DNA from: an uncultured Holophagales bacterium
GTDB taxonomy: Bacteria > Acidobacteriota > Thermoanaerobaculia > Multivoradales > UBA5704
Direction: 5' to 3'
Assembly: GCA_963842525.1 (NCBI GenBank)
Contig: CAWJGT010000025.1
Coordinates: 288,001-352,000 of the forward strand
DNA: 64,000 nt
This document shows, one piece after another, positions 38,762-48,436 of the stretch (position 1 is its first letter; the number at the start of each line of letters is the position of its first letter). Below the pieces are notes generated by a model, which worked only from the letters and a program-made list of their open reading frames with translations, had not been told where the DNA came from and did no database searches. The position numbers and the translations under genes were made by a program.

Positions 38762-39497
38762 GACCCTCGATCGCCCGCTGCGCCCGGCGGCAGATGCCAC
38801 GGAGAATGGCGACCTCGCGGCTGTTCGGGGTGGCGCGGGCGGCGAGGCGCCGGAGGTCTCGCAGCACGCCTGCAAAGCTGTCGTCGCGGTCGAAGCCGAT
38901 CCGCCGCAGGACGTGCGCCGCATGGTCGAAGAGGCCGTCGAGCTCCGCGGTCGTGGCCGGCGGGTCGGGCTCGCCGACCGCGAGGAGACTGCCGGGCGGC
39001 AGCGGCTCGCCGCGGGCGACGAACAGCTCGTAGGCGAGGATCAGCACGGCCTGGCTCAGATTGAGGGTCGGCTGGACCGGCGAGCAGGGGATGGTCACCA
39101 GGAGGCTGGCGAGGGCGAGCTCGTCGTTGGTGAGGCCTCCCACCTCGGGTCCGAAGAGGAGCGCCGTGGGCGTGCCAGGCGGGTCCTGGGCCAGCCGGGC
39201 CGCCAGCTCGCGGGGCGGGATCACCGGCACCTCCCACCGGCGGTCGCGGTTCGAGGTGGTGCCCACGATGCGGCGGAACGGCGCCAGGGCCTCCCGCAGG
39301 CCGGCCGCCCGCTGCGCGCCGTCGAGGACGTGCTTCGCCCCCACCGCGAAGGCTGTGGCGACGTTGCCGAGGACCGCGGCCGGCTCGACCAGGATCAGCC
39401 GTTCGAGCCCCATGTTCGCCATGGCCCGCGCCGTCGACCCGACGTTGCCTTCTTCCCGGGGGCGCACCAGCACGACGGCGGGGGTGGGCTCGCTCAT
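38739..39497 (-). CDS. TrmJ/LasT family SPOUT RNA methyltransferase
   Basis: VVLV.P...[31 protein letters not shown]. Confidence 0.9.
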   Translation of the reverse strand: MSEPTPAVVLVRPREEGNVGSTARAMANMGLERLILVEPAAVLGNVATAFAVGAKHVLDGAQRAAGLREALAPFRRIVGTTSNRDRRWEVPVIPPRELAARLAQDPPGTPTALLFGPEVGGLTNDELALASLLVTIPCSPVQPTLNLSQAVLILAYELFVARGEPLPPGSLLAVGEPDPPATTAELDGLFDHAAHVLRRIGFDRDDSFAGVLRDLRRLAARATPNSREVAILRGICRRAQRAIEGPRGGPEG

Positions 39498-39576
39498 GCA
39501 GCCGACTCTATCGTCCCTTGACAGCTCCGTCGCGGGGACGCTAGTTTGTTTTTACCGAAGGACAAGAGGAGGAGCG

Positions 39577-39891
39577 ATGAACGAGAACCCGGCGATGCGT
39601 GCGTACCTGATCTTCACCGGCAGCGGGCCGATCCTGGTGCTGTCGACCTATTCGGCGCTGACCGACGAGCGCTTGGTCAGCAAGCTGCGCTACAAGGGGA
39701 TCGACAAATTCATCGCCTACGAGGTGAACCTCGACGCGGTCCGGTCGCGCTACGAGCACTCCTTCGAGAACATCGCCCAGGACCTGGAGCACGGCGAGGA
39801 GGACGTCCGGGTCCTCGACTTCAACGGCCACCAGATCATGGCCAATTTCTCGCTGAATGCTTTGGGGGAGCCGATCAAGTACGGGGGTTAA
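39577..39891 (+). CDS. Conserved hypothetical cytosolic protein
   Basis: GGAGGAG RBS; AYLIFTGSGPILVL...KGI.KFIAYEV...RVLDFNGH. Confidence 0.75.
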   Translation: MNENPAMRAYLIFTGSGPILVLSTYSALTDERLVSKLRYKGIDKFIAYEVNLDAVRSRYEHSFENIAQDLEHGEEDVRVLDFNGHQIMANFSLNALGEPIKYGG

Positions 39892-39894
39892 AGC

Positions 39895-39938
39895 TCCCTT
39901 TCCCCCGGTACGGGGGAGAGGGCTGGGGAGAGGGGGGA
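39895..39938. repeat. Partial G/C-rich palindromic repeat between convergent genes
   Basis: CCCTTTCCCCCG-GTA-CGGGGGAGAGGG hairpin followed by GGGGAGAGGGG. Confidence 0.55.
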
Positions 39939-39949
39939 CGGGATCGACC

Positions 39950-40492
39950 CTATTCAGCCTCGGCTTCGATCTTCGCCGCCGTGAAGCCGCGGGTGACCAT
40001 CTGGTAGGTCAGCGCGGCCATGCAGCGGCGGGCCACCTTGCGGACGCTCGACGGGTGGTAGCCCATCTGGGCGGCGACCTCGGCGGAGTCGTAGCCAAGG
40101 CCATAGCGGAGCTGGAGGAGCTTGCGGCAGCGCGGCGGCAGCTCGTCGAGCAGGGCGTTCAGGTCCCACAGCAGCTCGGCCCGCTCCTGCGGAGCCGCCA
40201 CCGGCTCCGAGAGCAGCTCGAGGATCGCCGTGTCGACCGTGTTGTAGAGGTTGTTGCGCTTCTTCCGCCAGTAGACGACGCACCGGTTGCGCAGGGTGAC
40301 CAGGAGCCAGGCCTCGGGGTCCTGGATCGTGTCCCACTTCTGGATCGTGGAGATGAGAGCCTCCTGCACGAGGTCTTCTGCGTCGTGGGCCGGCACCCGG
40401 TATCGGCTAAGCACTTGCTTCAACCTGGGACGGAGTCGTCGCAGGAGCTGGTCGAGAGACTCCCTTCCTATCGGTTGGTCAGACACAGCCAT
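39950..40492 (-). CDS. ECF-type sigma-70 factor
   Basis: Region 2 DAEDLVQE...AWL; region 4 LP.RCR..L.LRY..G....EVA..MG. Confidence 0.85.
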   Translation of the reverse strand: MAVSDQPIGRESLDQLLRRLRPRLKQVLSRYRVPAHDAEDLVQEALISTIQKWDTIQDPEAWLLVTLRNRCVVYWRKKRNNLYNTVDTAILELLSEPVAAPQERAELLWDLNALLDELPPRCRKLLQLRYGLGYDSAEVAAQMGYHPSSVRKVARRCMAALTYQMVTRGFTAAKIEAEAE

Positions 40493-40628
40493 CAGGGTCC
40501 GCTTTCTGGCACAACGGTCCGCTCCACTGGGAGCCAATCATAAACCCGGTGAGCACCGCTTGCCCACCCAAGTACCGGCATAGACCTGGTCGAGCCGTCA
40601 AGCAGGAGGATGATAAACTCCCGCCCGC

Positions 40629-41306
40629 ATGACTACAACCGTCCGACTCAAGCCCCTGGTCGCTCGCAGTCTCCGCTCGGCGCCGATCGTCGGCGTGGTG
40701 CGCACCCCCTCTCGCGAGGAGGCGGCGCGCCAGGCCCGGCTCTTCGCCGGAGCCGGGATCGAGCTGGTCGAAATCACCTTCTCGGTCCCTGACGCTCCGC
40801 ACCTCGTCCGCGAGCTCCTGGCGGAACGCGGACCCGACGGGCCTCCCTGGTATGGGATGGGCACCGTGACCACCACCGCCCGCGCCCGCGAGGCGATCGC
40901 CGCCGGCGCCGAGTTCCTGGTCACCCCGAACGTCAGTGCCGAGGTGGCCCGCGAAGCCCGCCAGTCCGACCTGTTCCTTATACTAGGTGCACTGACTGCC
41001 ACAGAAGTTGTCAACGCCCACGAATTGGGAGCGGATCTCGTGAAGGTCTACCCCCTCCCGCCCGTGGGCGGGCCCACCTATCTTTCCACACTCCGCCAGC
41101 CCTTGGGCGACATCCCGATGCTGGCGGCCGGGGGGTTCGGGGTCGAGGAGATCCCGGCCTATGCCGCGGCCGGGGCCATCGCCTTCGGGATCGGCGGGCC
41201 GCTGCTGGGAGCCGACGACGACGAAACCAGGAGTCGAATTACACGGGGTCTTCATCTCGCCCGGGATCTGGTCCAACGGGGCCGCAAGGAAGAGGAGGAG
41301 CGATGA
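40629..41306 (+). CDS. KDPG/KHG aldolase family protein
   Basis: VEITF, G.GTV, AGAEFLVTP, GALT.TEV, VKVYP, GG. Confidence 0.85.
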   Translation: MTTTVRLKPLVARSLRSAPIVGVVRTPSREEAARQARLFAGAGIELVEITFSVPDAPHLVRELLAERGPDGPPWYGMGTVTTTARAREAIAAGAEFLVTPNVSAEVAREARQSDLFLILGALTATEVVNAHELGADLVKVYPLPPVGGPTYLSTLRQPLGDIPMLAAGGFGVEEIPAYAAAGAIAFGIGGPLLGADDDETRSRITRGLHLARDLVQRGRKEEEER

Positions 41307-41722
41307 GCTCGACCACACCCCCCCGCCAGGTGGTTTTCGACCCCACGCCCGAGATCTACGCCACCGACACGGCGGGGTCGTTCACCTTTCCGCTGCTGGT
41401 CGGCGGCAAAGCCTTCCTGGAGACGATCTCGTACGACGAGGTGCGCTTCGTCTTCTCGATCTGGCATCCCTCGGGGCAACGCACCATCGACCTCGACCGC
41501 GCCTACGTCGAGCTGCGCGCTTCCTTCGATCCGGACGAGGACCACTGGACCAAGATCGCCGAGATCGAGCCGGTGGTGCCGCCCTATGCCGGCGGCGACA
41601 GCTTCGACGGCTGGATCATCCTGCCGGTGCTCGGCGGCACCAGCGCCTTCGCCGTGGTCGGCAGCGGGTTCGAGCCGCGGGCGCGCCTGCAGCTCCGCGC
41701 CAGCGCCTATTTCGTCGCCTGA
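41303..41722 (+). CDS. Hypothetical protein
   Basis: GGAGGAG RBS, ATGA overlap with aldolase, typical codon usage. Confidence 0.7.
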   Translation: MSSTTPPRQVVFDPTPEIYATDTAGSFTFPLLVGGKAFLETISYDEVRFVFSIWHPSGQRTIDLDRAYVELRASFDPDEDHWTKIAEIEPVVPPYAGGDSFDGWIILPVLGGTSAFAVVGSGFEPRARLQLRASAYFVA

Positions 41723-41724
41723 GG

Positions 41725-41897
41725 CCCTCTCCCCCTGACCCCCTCTCCCGTGCGTCCCCCTTTCCTCCCGCCCCGAACGGGAGAGGGGGAACGTGCATGA
41801 ACTTGCCTGAAGATGGAGATTGGCTGGGTGCGGGCGCCCCTCTCCCGCTCGGGGTGGCGGATGGTGGCCGCGCGGGGGAGGGGTCGGGGGAGGGGGC
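41725..41897. repeat. G/C-rich palindromic REP/MITE-like element
   Basis: CCCTCTCCCCCTGACCCCCTCTCCC ... GGGGAGGGGTCGGGGGAGGGGG imperfect inverted repeat between convergent genes. Confidence 0.7.
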
Positions 41898-42503
41898 CTA
41901 CCGGAACCCCCGGCGCAGCTCGCGCTTGAAGACGCCGAAGGCTTCCTCGCCGTAGAGGCAGAGGACGACGCGGTCGAGCTTGGTCCCGCCCTGGAGGAAG
42001 CGCTGGACCTCGGTCAGCATGATCCGCGCCGCGCGCTCGATGGGGAACCCGAAGACGCCGGTGGAGATGGCCGGCAGGGCGATCGACTTCATGCCGTGAC
42101 GGTCGGCGAGGGCGAGGGCGGAGCGGACGGCGGAGGCCAGCCGCTTGTCCTCGTCCCCCTGCCCCATGCGGGGACCCACGGCGTGGATGACCTGCTTCGC
42201 CTTCAGGTTCCCGGCGCCGGTCATCACGGCCGTGCCCACCGGAGTCCCCCCGATGCGGTTGCACTCCTCCTGGATCGACGGTCCTCCCTTCGCCCGGATG
42301 GCTCCGGCCACGCCGGCGCCGAGCTGGAGGTGCTCGTTGGCGGCGTTGACGATGACGTCGACGTCCAGATCGGTGATGTCTCCCTCCACCAGCTCGAGCT
42401 GGGTGCGCTCCATCTGAAGCACCAGCCGGTTGGTGTCGGGCGCATCTTCGTTCGCGCTTCCCGCGGAAGCCGCCAGCGGAGTCGTAGCTCCCTTCTTGGG
42501 CAC
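41898..42503 (-). CDS. Macro domain protein (YmdB-like ADP-ribose binding/hydrolase)
   Basis: GDIT, IVNAAN, GAGVAGAI, IHAVGP, PAISTGVFGFP. Confidence 0.9.
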   Translation of the reverse strand: MPKKGATTPLAASAGSANEDAPDTNRLVLQMERTQLELVEGDITDLDVDVIVNAANEHLQLGAGVAGAIRAKGGPSIQEECNRIGGTPVGTAVMTGAGNLKAKQVIHAVGPRMGQGDEDKRLASAVRSALALADRHGMKSIALPAISTGVFGFPIERAARIMLTEVQRFLQGGTKLDRVVLCLYGEEAFGVFKRELRRGFR

Positions 42504-42569
42504 GCAGTCCCCCTTGGGCCGTTGGTAGGGCCGGCCCTCTACACCCAATAGTGTAGACTGCTCGCCGCC

Positions 42570-44505
42570 ATGTGGACGGAGCTGAGGCGGGAGCTGGCGG
42601 GCGAAATCGCCCGCACGATCCGGGAGTGCTTCGGGGTCGAGCACGAGCCTGTCCTCGAAGTCCCCCCGCGGCGGGAGCTCGGCGACCTGGCCTCCCCCGC
42701 GGCCATGCAGCTCGCCCGGGTGCTCAAACGCAATCCGCGCGCCATCGCCGAAGAGCTGGCCGGCGCCCTCCGCCGGCCGCCGCTGGTGCGTGACGTCCGG
42801 GTCCAGGGCGCCGGCTATCTCAACCTGTACCTCGACCGCCGCGCCTTCGCCGCCGCCGCCCTCGATGCCCGGTGGCTGGGTGGTGGAGACGCTGGAGATC
42901 ACCGACCCGGCAAGGTCGTCATCGAGCACACCAACATCAACCCGAACAAGGCGGCGCACATCGGGCACCTGCGCAACGCCGTCCTGGGCGACGTCCTCGG
43001 CCGCGCCCTGCGCAGCCTCGGCGTTCCGGTCGAGATCCAGAACTACATCGACGACACGGGCGTCCAGCTCGCCGACGTGGTGGTCGGCTTCCTCGACCTG
43101 CGCGGCTTGTCGCAGGAGGAGGTCGAAGCGATCCCCGAGCCCTTCGACTACTACTGCTGGGACCTCTACAGCGAGGTGGGCCGCTGGTACGAGGAGGATC
43201 CCGCCCGCCAGCGGCTGCGCCGCGAGACCCTGCACGAGCTGGAGGCCGGCAGCGGGCCGCGCGCCGACCTCGGCCGGCTGGTGGCCCGGCGGGTGGTGCG
43301 CTGCCACCTCGCCACCATGCGCCGCCTCGGCGTCGGCTACGACCTGCTGACCCGCGAGAGCGAGGTCCTGAAGTAGGCACTTCTTCGACAAAGCCTTCGG
43401 GCTGCTCAAGGAGAGCGGCGCCGTCCATCTGGAAAAGGAAGGCAAGAACGCCGGCTGCTGGGTCATGCCGCTCTCCCAGAGCGAGGAGTTCGCCGGCCTG
43501 GAGGACCCGGACAAGGTGATCGTCCGCTCCGACGGCACGGTGACCTACGTGGGCAAGGACATCGCCTACCAGCTCTGGAAATTCGGCCTGCTCGGCGAAG
43601 ACTTCCTCTACCGCTTCTGGCAGGAGGAGGGGGTCTGGGAGACGTTCGGCGAGGATGCCACGGACCAGCACCCCGACTTCGGCCACGCGCAGCGGGTGAT
43701 CAACGTCATCGACGCCCGCCAGAGCTATCTCCAGAAGATCGTGCGCGCCGGCCTCCAGGCCCTCGGCCACAAGGAGGAGGCGGACCGCTCGGTCCATTTC
43801 GCCTACGAGATGGTGACCCTCTCGCCGGCCACCGCCCGCCAGCTCGGCTACCTGGACGAGGGAGAGGAGGCGGGCAAGGGCCTGGAGATGTCGGGGCGCA
43901 AGGGGATCGGCGTCAAGGCCGACGACCTGATCCACCAGCTCCAGTCGAAGAGCCGCGAGGAGATCGCGGCGCGCAACCGCGACCTGGCGGACGAGGAGCT
44001 GGACCGCCTGGCGCGCGAGATCGCCACCGCCGCCCTGCGCTTCTTCATGGTCAAGGCGACCACCACCCGGCTGATCGCCTTCGACTTCGACGAAGCCCTG
44101 AGCTTCGAGGGCGATTCCGGCCCCTACCTCCAGTACTCGCTGGTGCGGGCCAAGAACATCCGCCGCCGGCTGCGCGAAGAGGGCCTCGCCGACGAGGTCA
44201 CGGCCGGCGAGGTGGAGACGCTCGGCGAAGAGCATTTCGGCGAGGACCTCTGGGACCTGATCCTGGAGGTCGCGCAGACCGGCGAGGCGGTGGAGAAGGC
44301 GGCGGAGAGCCTCGAGCTGTCGCTGATCGCCCGCCACGCCCTGGGCTTGGCGCAGTGCTTCAACGCCCTCTATCACAAGCACCCGATCCTCCACGAGCCG
44401 GACCCCCAGGTCCGCGCCGCCCGCCTGGCCACGGTACAGGTCTTCGGCCGCGGCCTCGAAGCGGTCTGCGACCTGCTGGGCGTGCCGGTCCCGGACCGGA
44501 TGTAA
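42570..44505 (+). CDS. argS: Arginine--tRNA ligase (apparent +1 frameshift at about 43374)
   Basis: EHTNINPNKAAHIGHLRN (HIGH), RSDGT.TY..KDIAY, MSGRKG, GDSGPYLQY, ends P.RM; removing one T restores ...VLK-RHFFDKAF. Confidence 0.92.
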
Positions 44506-44522
44506 ATAGACCGGAGGTCCCC

Positions 44523-45236
44523 ATGGACGCGGACCGGCCCCGTTCTTCCTCCAAATCGTCACCCTGGATCTGGCTGGGCTGCGGCTGCGGCATCCTCGTG
44601 GCTCTCGTCATGGCCGGCGTGACCTGGTTCGGCTACAAGGCGGGCAAGAAGATGGAGAAGGCCCGGGAAGACCCGGTGGCCCGCGAGCAGATGACCCGGG
44701 AGGTCCTCGCCTTCGAGAAGCCGCCCCCCGGCTACTATCCCACGGGCGCCTTCTCGATCCCGATGCTGACCGACATCGCCATCTTCTCCGACCGGCCGCC
44801 GGAACCCGGCGAGCAGGAGAATCACAGCCTGGGCGATCGCGGCTTCATCTTCCTCAGCATGCACGGCTGGATGGCCGACAAGGAGGAGCTGGCGAGCTTC
44901 CTGGAGGGCAAGGCCAAGCGGCCGGGCTGGCTCGGGAGGTCGGGCGCCAACACCGACATCGGCGAGGTCCTGGGGCGCGGCAAGATCGAGGTCGAAGGCC
45001 GTGAGCTGCTCTATATGGCCACCCGCGGCGACGTGAACATGCAGGGCAGCAGCAGGGAGGGGCTCGTCACCTGGCTGACCGTCGACTGCCCCGCCGACCG
45101 GCGGGCCCGGCTCGGCCTTTGGTTCAACCCCGATCCAGCCCCCGGCAAGCCCCTCCAGGGAGCCGCTCTCGCAGGCACCGCCGCCGACCCGCAGGCGATC
45201 CGCGAGTTTGCGAGGCATTTCCGGTTCTGCGGGTAG
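44523..45236 (+). CDS. Hypothetical membrane-anchored protein
   Basis: GGAGG RBS; 'WIWLGCGCG' followed by a TM helix. Confidence 0.7.
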   Translation: MDADRPRSSSKSSPWIWLGCGCGILVALVMAGVTWFGYKAGKKMEKAREDPVAREQMTREVLAFEKPPPGYYPTGAFSIPMLTDIAIFSDRPPEPGEQENHSLGDRGFIFLSMHGWMADKEELASFLEGKAKRPGWLGRSGANTDIGEVLGRGKIEVEGRELLYMATRGDVNMQGSSREGLVTWLTVDCPADRRARLGLWFNPDPAPGKPLQGAALAGTAADPQAIREFARHFRFCG

Positions 45237-46319
45237 ATGCGAGCGACCTGGGACGAGTGGATGGGCCTGCCTTTCCTGGGCAACCCGGTCGGGAGCTGGC
45301 TGACCGCGGCCCTGATCGCCGTCGCTGCCTATCTCGTGCTGCTCCTGGTCCGGCGACTGGCCGTCCGGCGTCTCGTGCAACTCGCCGGCCGGACGCGGAC
45401 GGACGTCGACGACTTCGTCGTCGCGACGCTGCAGCGCACCCGCCGCGTCCTGCTCCTCATCCCGGTCGTCTATTTCGCCTCCATCTCCCTCGACCTGCCT
45501 CCCAAAGTCGACAGCACCCTCCGCTCGTCGTCCATCCTGGCGGTCCTCCTGCAGCTCACCTTGTGGACCCTGGCGGGGATCAACTTCTGGGTGGCGCGCA
45601 CCCGCCGCCGCCGGCTGGAGGTGGACGCCGCATCGGCCACCCTGATCGGCGCCCTCGGCTTCGTCGGCAAGGTCGTCCTCTGGACGGTCCTCCTCCTGGT
45701 CGCCCTGGACAACGTGGGAGTAGACGTCACGGCCCTGGTCGCCGGCCTCGGGATCGGCGGCGTGGCCGTGGCCCTGGCGCTCCAGAACGTCCTGGGCGAC
45801 CTGCTGGCTTCGCTGTCGATCGTCCTCGACAAGCCGTTCGTCATCGGCGACACGATCCAGATCGACGACTTCACCGGCAAGGTGGAGAGCATCGGCCTCA
45901 AGACCACCCACCTGCGGAGCGTCTCCGGCGAGCAGCTCATCTTCTCCAACAGCGACCTGACGCGCAGCCGCATCCGCAACCACAAGCGGATGGCCGACCG
46001 CCGGGTGGGGCTTCAGGTCACTGTCGACCCGGCGACGCCGCCCGACAAGCTGGAGAGGGCCGTGGCCCTGCTACGGGAGGTCGTCGAAGCGCAGCAGCAG
46101 GTCCGCTTCGACCGTGCCCATCTCGCGCGGCTCTCCGACCGGGGACCACAATTCGAGCTGGTGTACTTCGTCCTCTCGACCGACTACAACCTACACATGG
46201 ACATCCAGCAGGTGGTCCTCCTCGACCTGCTGCGTCGCTTCGGAGAGGAGGGGATCACGCTCGCCCTGCCCGCGCCGACCATGCCGGGGCCACTCCCCGG
46301 GCCGCCGGGCCGCGGCTGA
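45237..46319 (+). CDS. Small-conductance mechanosensitive channel (MscS family)
   Basis: AGLGIGGVAVALALQN, DKPF.IGD.I, G.VE.IGLKTT. Confidence 0.92.
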   Translation: MRATWDEWMGLPFLGNPVGSWLTAALIAVAAYLVLLLVRRLAVRRLVQLAGRTRTDVDDFVVATLQRTRRVLLLIPVVYFASISLDLPPKVDSTLRSSSILAVLLQLTLWTLAGINFWVARTRRRRLEVDAASATLIGALGFVGKVVLWTVLLLVALDNVGVDVTALVAGLGIGGVAVALALQNVLGDLLASLSIVLDKPFVIGDTIQIDDFTGKVESIGLKTTHLRSVSGEQLIFSNSDLTRSRIRNHKRMADRRVGLQVTVDPATPPDKLERAVALLREVVEAQQQVRFDRAHLARLSDRGPQFELVYFVLSTDYNLHMDIQQVVLLDLLRRFGEEGITLALPAPTMPGPLPGPPGRG

Positions 46320-46332
46320 TATCCTCGCCTGC

Positions 46333-46614
46333 ATGGAGTGCCGTGCCGGCTGTGGGGCGTGCTGTATCGCCCCGTCGATCTCTTCCCCCATCCCCGGGAT
46401 GCCGCACGGAAAGCCTGCGGGCGTGCGTTGCGTCCAGCTCAGCGCAGACAACCTCTGCCTGCTCTTCGGCAAGCCCGAGCGCCCGGCCGTCTGCTCCCAT
46501 CTGCGGCCCACCGAGGACATGTGCGGCCAGACGACGGAGGAGGCCCTGGAACGTCTGACGCTGTTGGAGCGGTTGACGGCCCCTGACCTCAACTCCCGTC
46601 GAGCAGGTACTTGA
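46333..46614 (+). CDS. YkgJ-like zinc/iron-chelating cysteine cluster protein
   Basis: CRAGCGACCIAPSISSPIPGMP.GKPAG.RC. Confidence 0.88.
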   Translation: MECRAGCGACCIAPSISSPIPGMPHGKPAGVRCVQLSADNLCLLFGKPERPAVCSHLRPTEDMCGQTTEEALERLTLLERLTAPDLNSRRAGT

Positions 46615-47341
46615 GCATCCGGGCCGGGTAGGCGAGGAACTGGCGGGTGACCTGGTAGTGCTCGGTGTCCTGGTAGTCGATGCGCGCGATGCCTTCCTCG
46701 CCGAGCTGATAGATCCAGGCTTCGGGGTAGGCCATGAGCACGGGCGAGTGGGTGGCGATCACGAACTGTGAGCCGGCCCGCACGAGCTCGTGGAGGATGC
46801 GCAGCATGGCGAGCTGCCGCATGGGGGAGAGGGCCGCCTCGGGCTCGTCGAGAAGATAGAAGGCATCGCCCCCGAAGCGCTCCTTGAAGACCGCCAGGAA
46901 CGACTCGCCGTGCGACTGCTCATGCAGCGAGACTCCGCCGAAAGCCGGCAGGATCGGCGGCCCGAGGCCAGGCTCGGCGTCGAGGCGCTCGATTTCGGTC
47001 GCCAGGTTGAAGAGGCTCTCGGCACGCAGGAAGAAGCTGTCGCGCGGCCGGTGGACCCCCTTGACCAGGCGCAGGTACTCTCCGAGCTCGGAATGGGACG
47101 GGCGGGTTCCGAAGGAGAAGTTGCGGCTGCCTCCCTCGGGGTTGAGGCCGAAGGCCACGGCGATCCCCTCGATCAGGGTGGACTTGCCGGTTCCGTTCTC
47201 GCCGATCAGGAAGGTGACCTTCGGGTGCAGCTCCAGGGAGGTGAACTTGCGCAGGACCGGCAGGACGAACGGGTACTCCTCGAACGAGGGGACTCGTTCG
47301 CGGCGCAGTTGCACCTCCCGGACGAACTGTTCGGACGTCAC
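46589..47341 (-). CDS. AAA/ABC-type ATPase (predicted ATPase)
   Basis: GENGTGKST Walker A, SHGESF, LLDEPEAALSP, IATHSP. Confidence 0.9.
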   Translation of the reverse strand: MTSEQFVREVQLRRERVPSFEEYPFVLPVLRKFTSLELHPKVTFLIGENGTGKSTLIEGIAVAFGLNPEGGSRNFSFGTRPSHSELGEYLRLVKGVHRPRDSFFLRAESLFNLATEIERLDAEPGLGPPILPAFGGVSLHEQSHGESFLAVFKERFGGDAFYLLDEPEAALSPMRQLAMLRILHELVRAGSQFVIATHSPVLMAYPEAWIYQLGEEGIARIDYQDTEHYQVTRQFLAYPARMLKYLLDGS

Positions 47342-47373
47342 CGGGGGCCGATTGTACGCCGGCCGGGGTCGAA

Positions 47374-47831
47374 TCAGGCCTGGACGGCGTGCAGGGCCCT
47401 CTCCGCCCGCGCGGCCCGGCTGGGCGCCGGCCCCTGCAGGCCGCGGAAATCGCCGCGCAGGCCTTTCAGGGCATAGCGCTCGGCCTCGATCTCCGCCTTG
47501 CTGCGGATGCCCATGCCGCGGAAGAGCGGCAGGGGCGGGCACCAGCCGTGGATGGCGTGCTCGACGAGGAACGCGGCCATCAGCGCCGGCAGCAGCAGCC
47601 ACCAGGGGCTGGCGAGGGCTCCCAGGGCAAGGCCGATCAGGGAGAGGACCGCCGCATGGGCCTCGACGATCCGTTCGAACGTTCCACTCCCGGTCGAGCT
47701 TCCCGCAAGCGGTCGTCGATCGCCCCCGGGCGCTCGGCATACCGCCGCACCCGCTCGGAAGTCTCCCGCCAGATCCGCTCGTTGACGCTCTCCTCGATGA
47801 CGCTCTCGGCCGTAGACTCGGGCAATAGCAT
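47374..47831 (-). CDS. DUF2892-like membrane protein (two apparent +1 frameshifts at about 47700 and 47682)
   Basis: Reconstructed ...IDDRLRELDREWNVERIVEAHAA...GWCPPLPLFRGMGIR...EIEAER; reading requires removing two duplicated bases. Confidence 0.7.
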
Positions 47832-47915
47832 CGCAAAGCTCCTTGGACCAGGGAAGGCCGGATGGTCAATTCCCGGCTCTTCGCCTTGCGAGCGGTGTGC
47901 CATGATGGTGGTGAA

Positions 47916-48157
47916 ATGCGAGACCTAACCCAGGAAGCCCTCGATCGGCTGACGCGTCCGGCGAAAGAGCATGATCGTTCTCTGGACGAAAAGGTCAAGG
48001 TGATTACGCCGTTCACCATTGAGGAGGCGACGCGGGTCGCCGCGCAGTGGCGTCGCAGGCTTGCCGGCAGGATGACCAGTGACAGTGCGGATCTCATCCG
48101 CGAGGATCGAGACCTTTGACTCGGGGCGTGGTCGACGGCGGCTTTCTAGCGAGCTGA
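47916..48157 (+). pseudogene. Degraded FitA-like antitoxin followed by a VapC-like N-terminal stub
   Basis: RDL..E..DRL...AKEH.RSL...VK and SDSADLIREDR; overlapping TTG-start stub MTRGVVDGG stops after 13 codons. Confidence 0.45.
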
Positions 48158-48179
48158 CGAGATCTGTCCTGGGACCCCA

Positions 48180-48308
48180 GGCCCGTCGTGTCATCCTGAG
48201 CGTAGCGAAGGATCTGGGGGCAGGGAGGCTGCGAGTCCGTTGCGTTCGTGCTTCCGGGACCGACCACCGCCCAGATCCTTCGCTACGCTCAGGATGACAC
48301 GACGGGCC
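48180..48308. repeat. Perfect 39-bp inverted repeat (REP/MITE-like)
   Basis: GGCCCGTCGTGTCATCCTGAGCGTAGCGAAGGATCTGGG (48180-48218) and exact reverse complement (48270-48308), 51-bp spacer. Confidence 0.92.
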
Positions 48309-48436
48309 GGGTGCCTGGCGGGTCAATCTCGTTCGCTGGCAACGGTTTCGAAGACCCCTGCAAGTCAAGACACTTACTTCGTCACGAGACAGGAGGCGGG
48401 CCGTCCAGACCCGCCCCCATTAGATATCGGCCTGCC

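Noticed and set aside
43374-43376. Pyrrolysine or stop readthrough at TAG in argS
   Set aside because: The downstream coding sequence is in a different frame; a one-base insertion explains it
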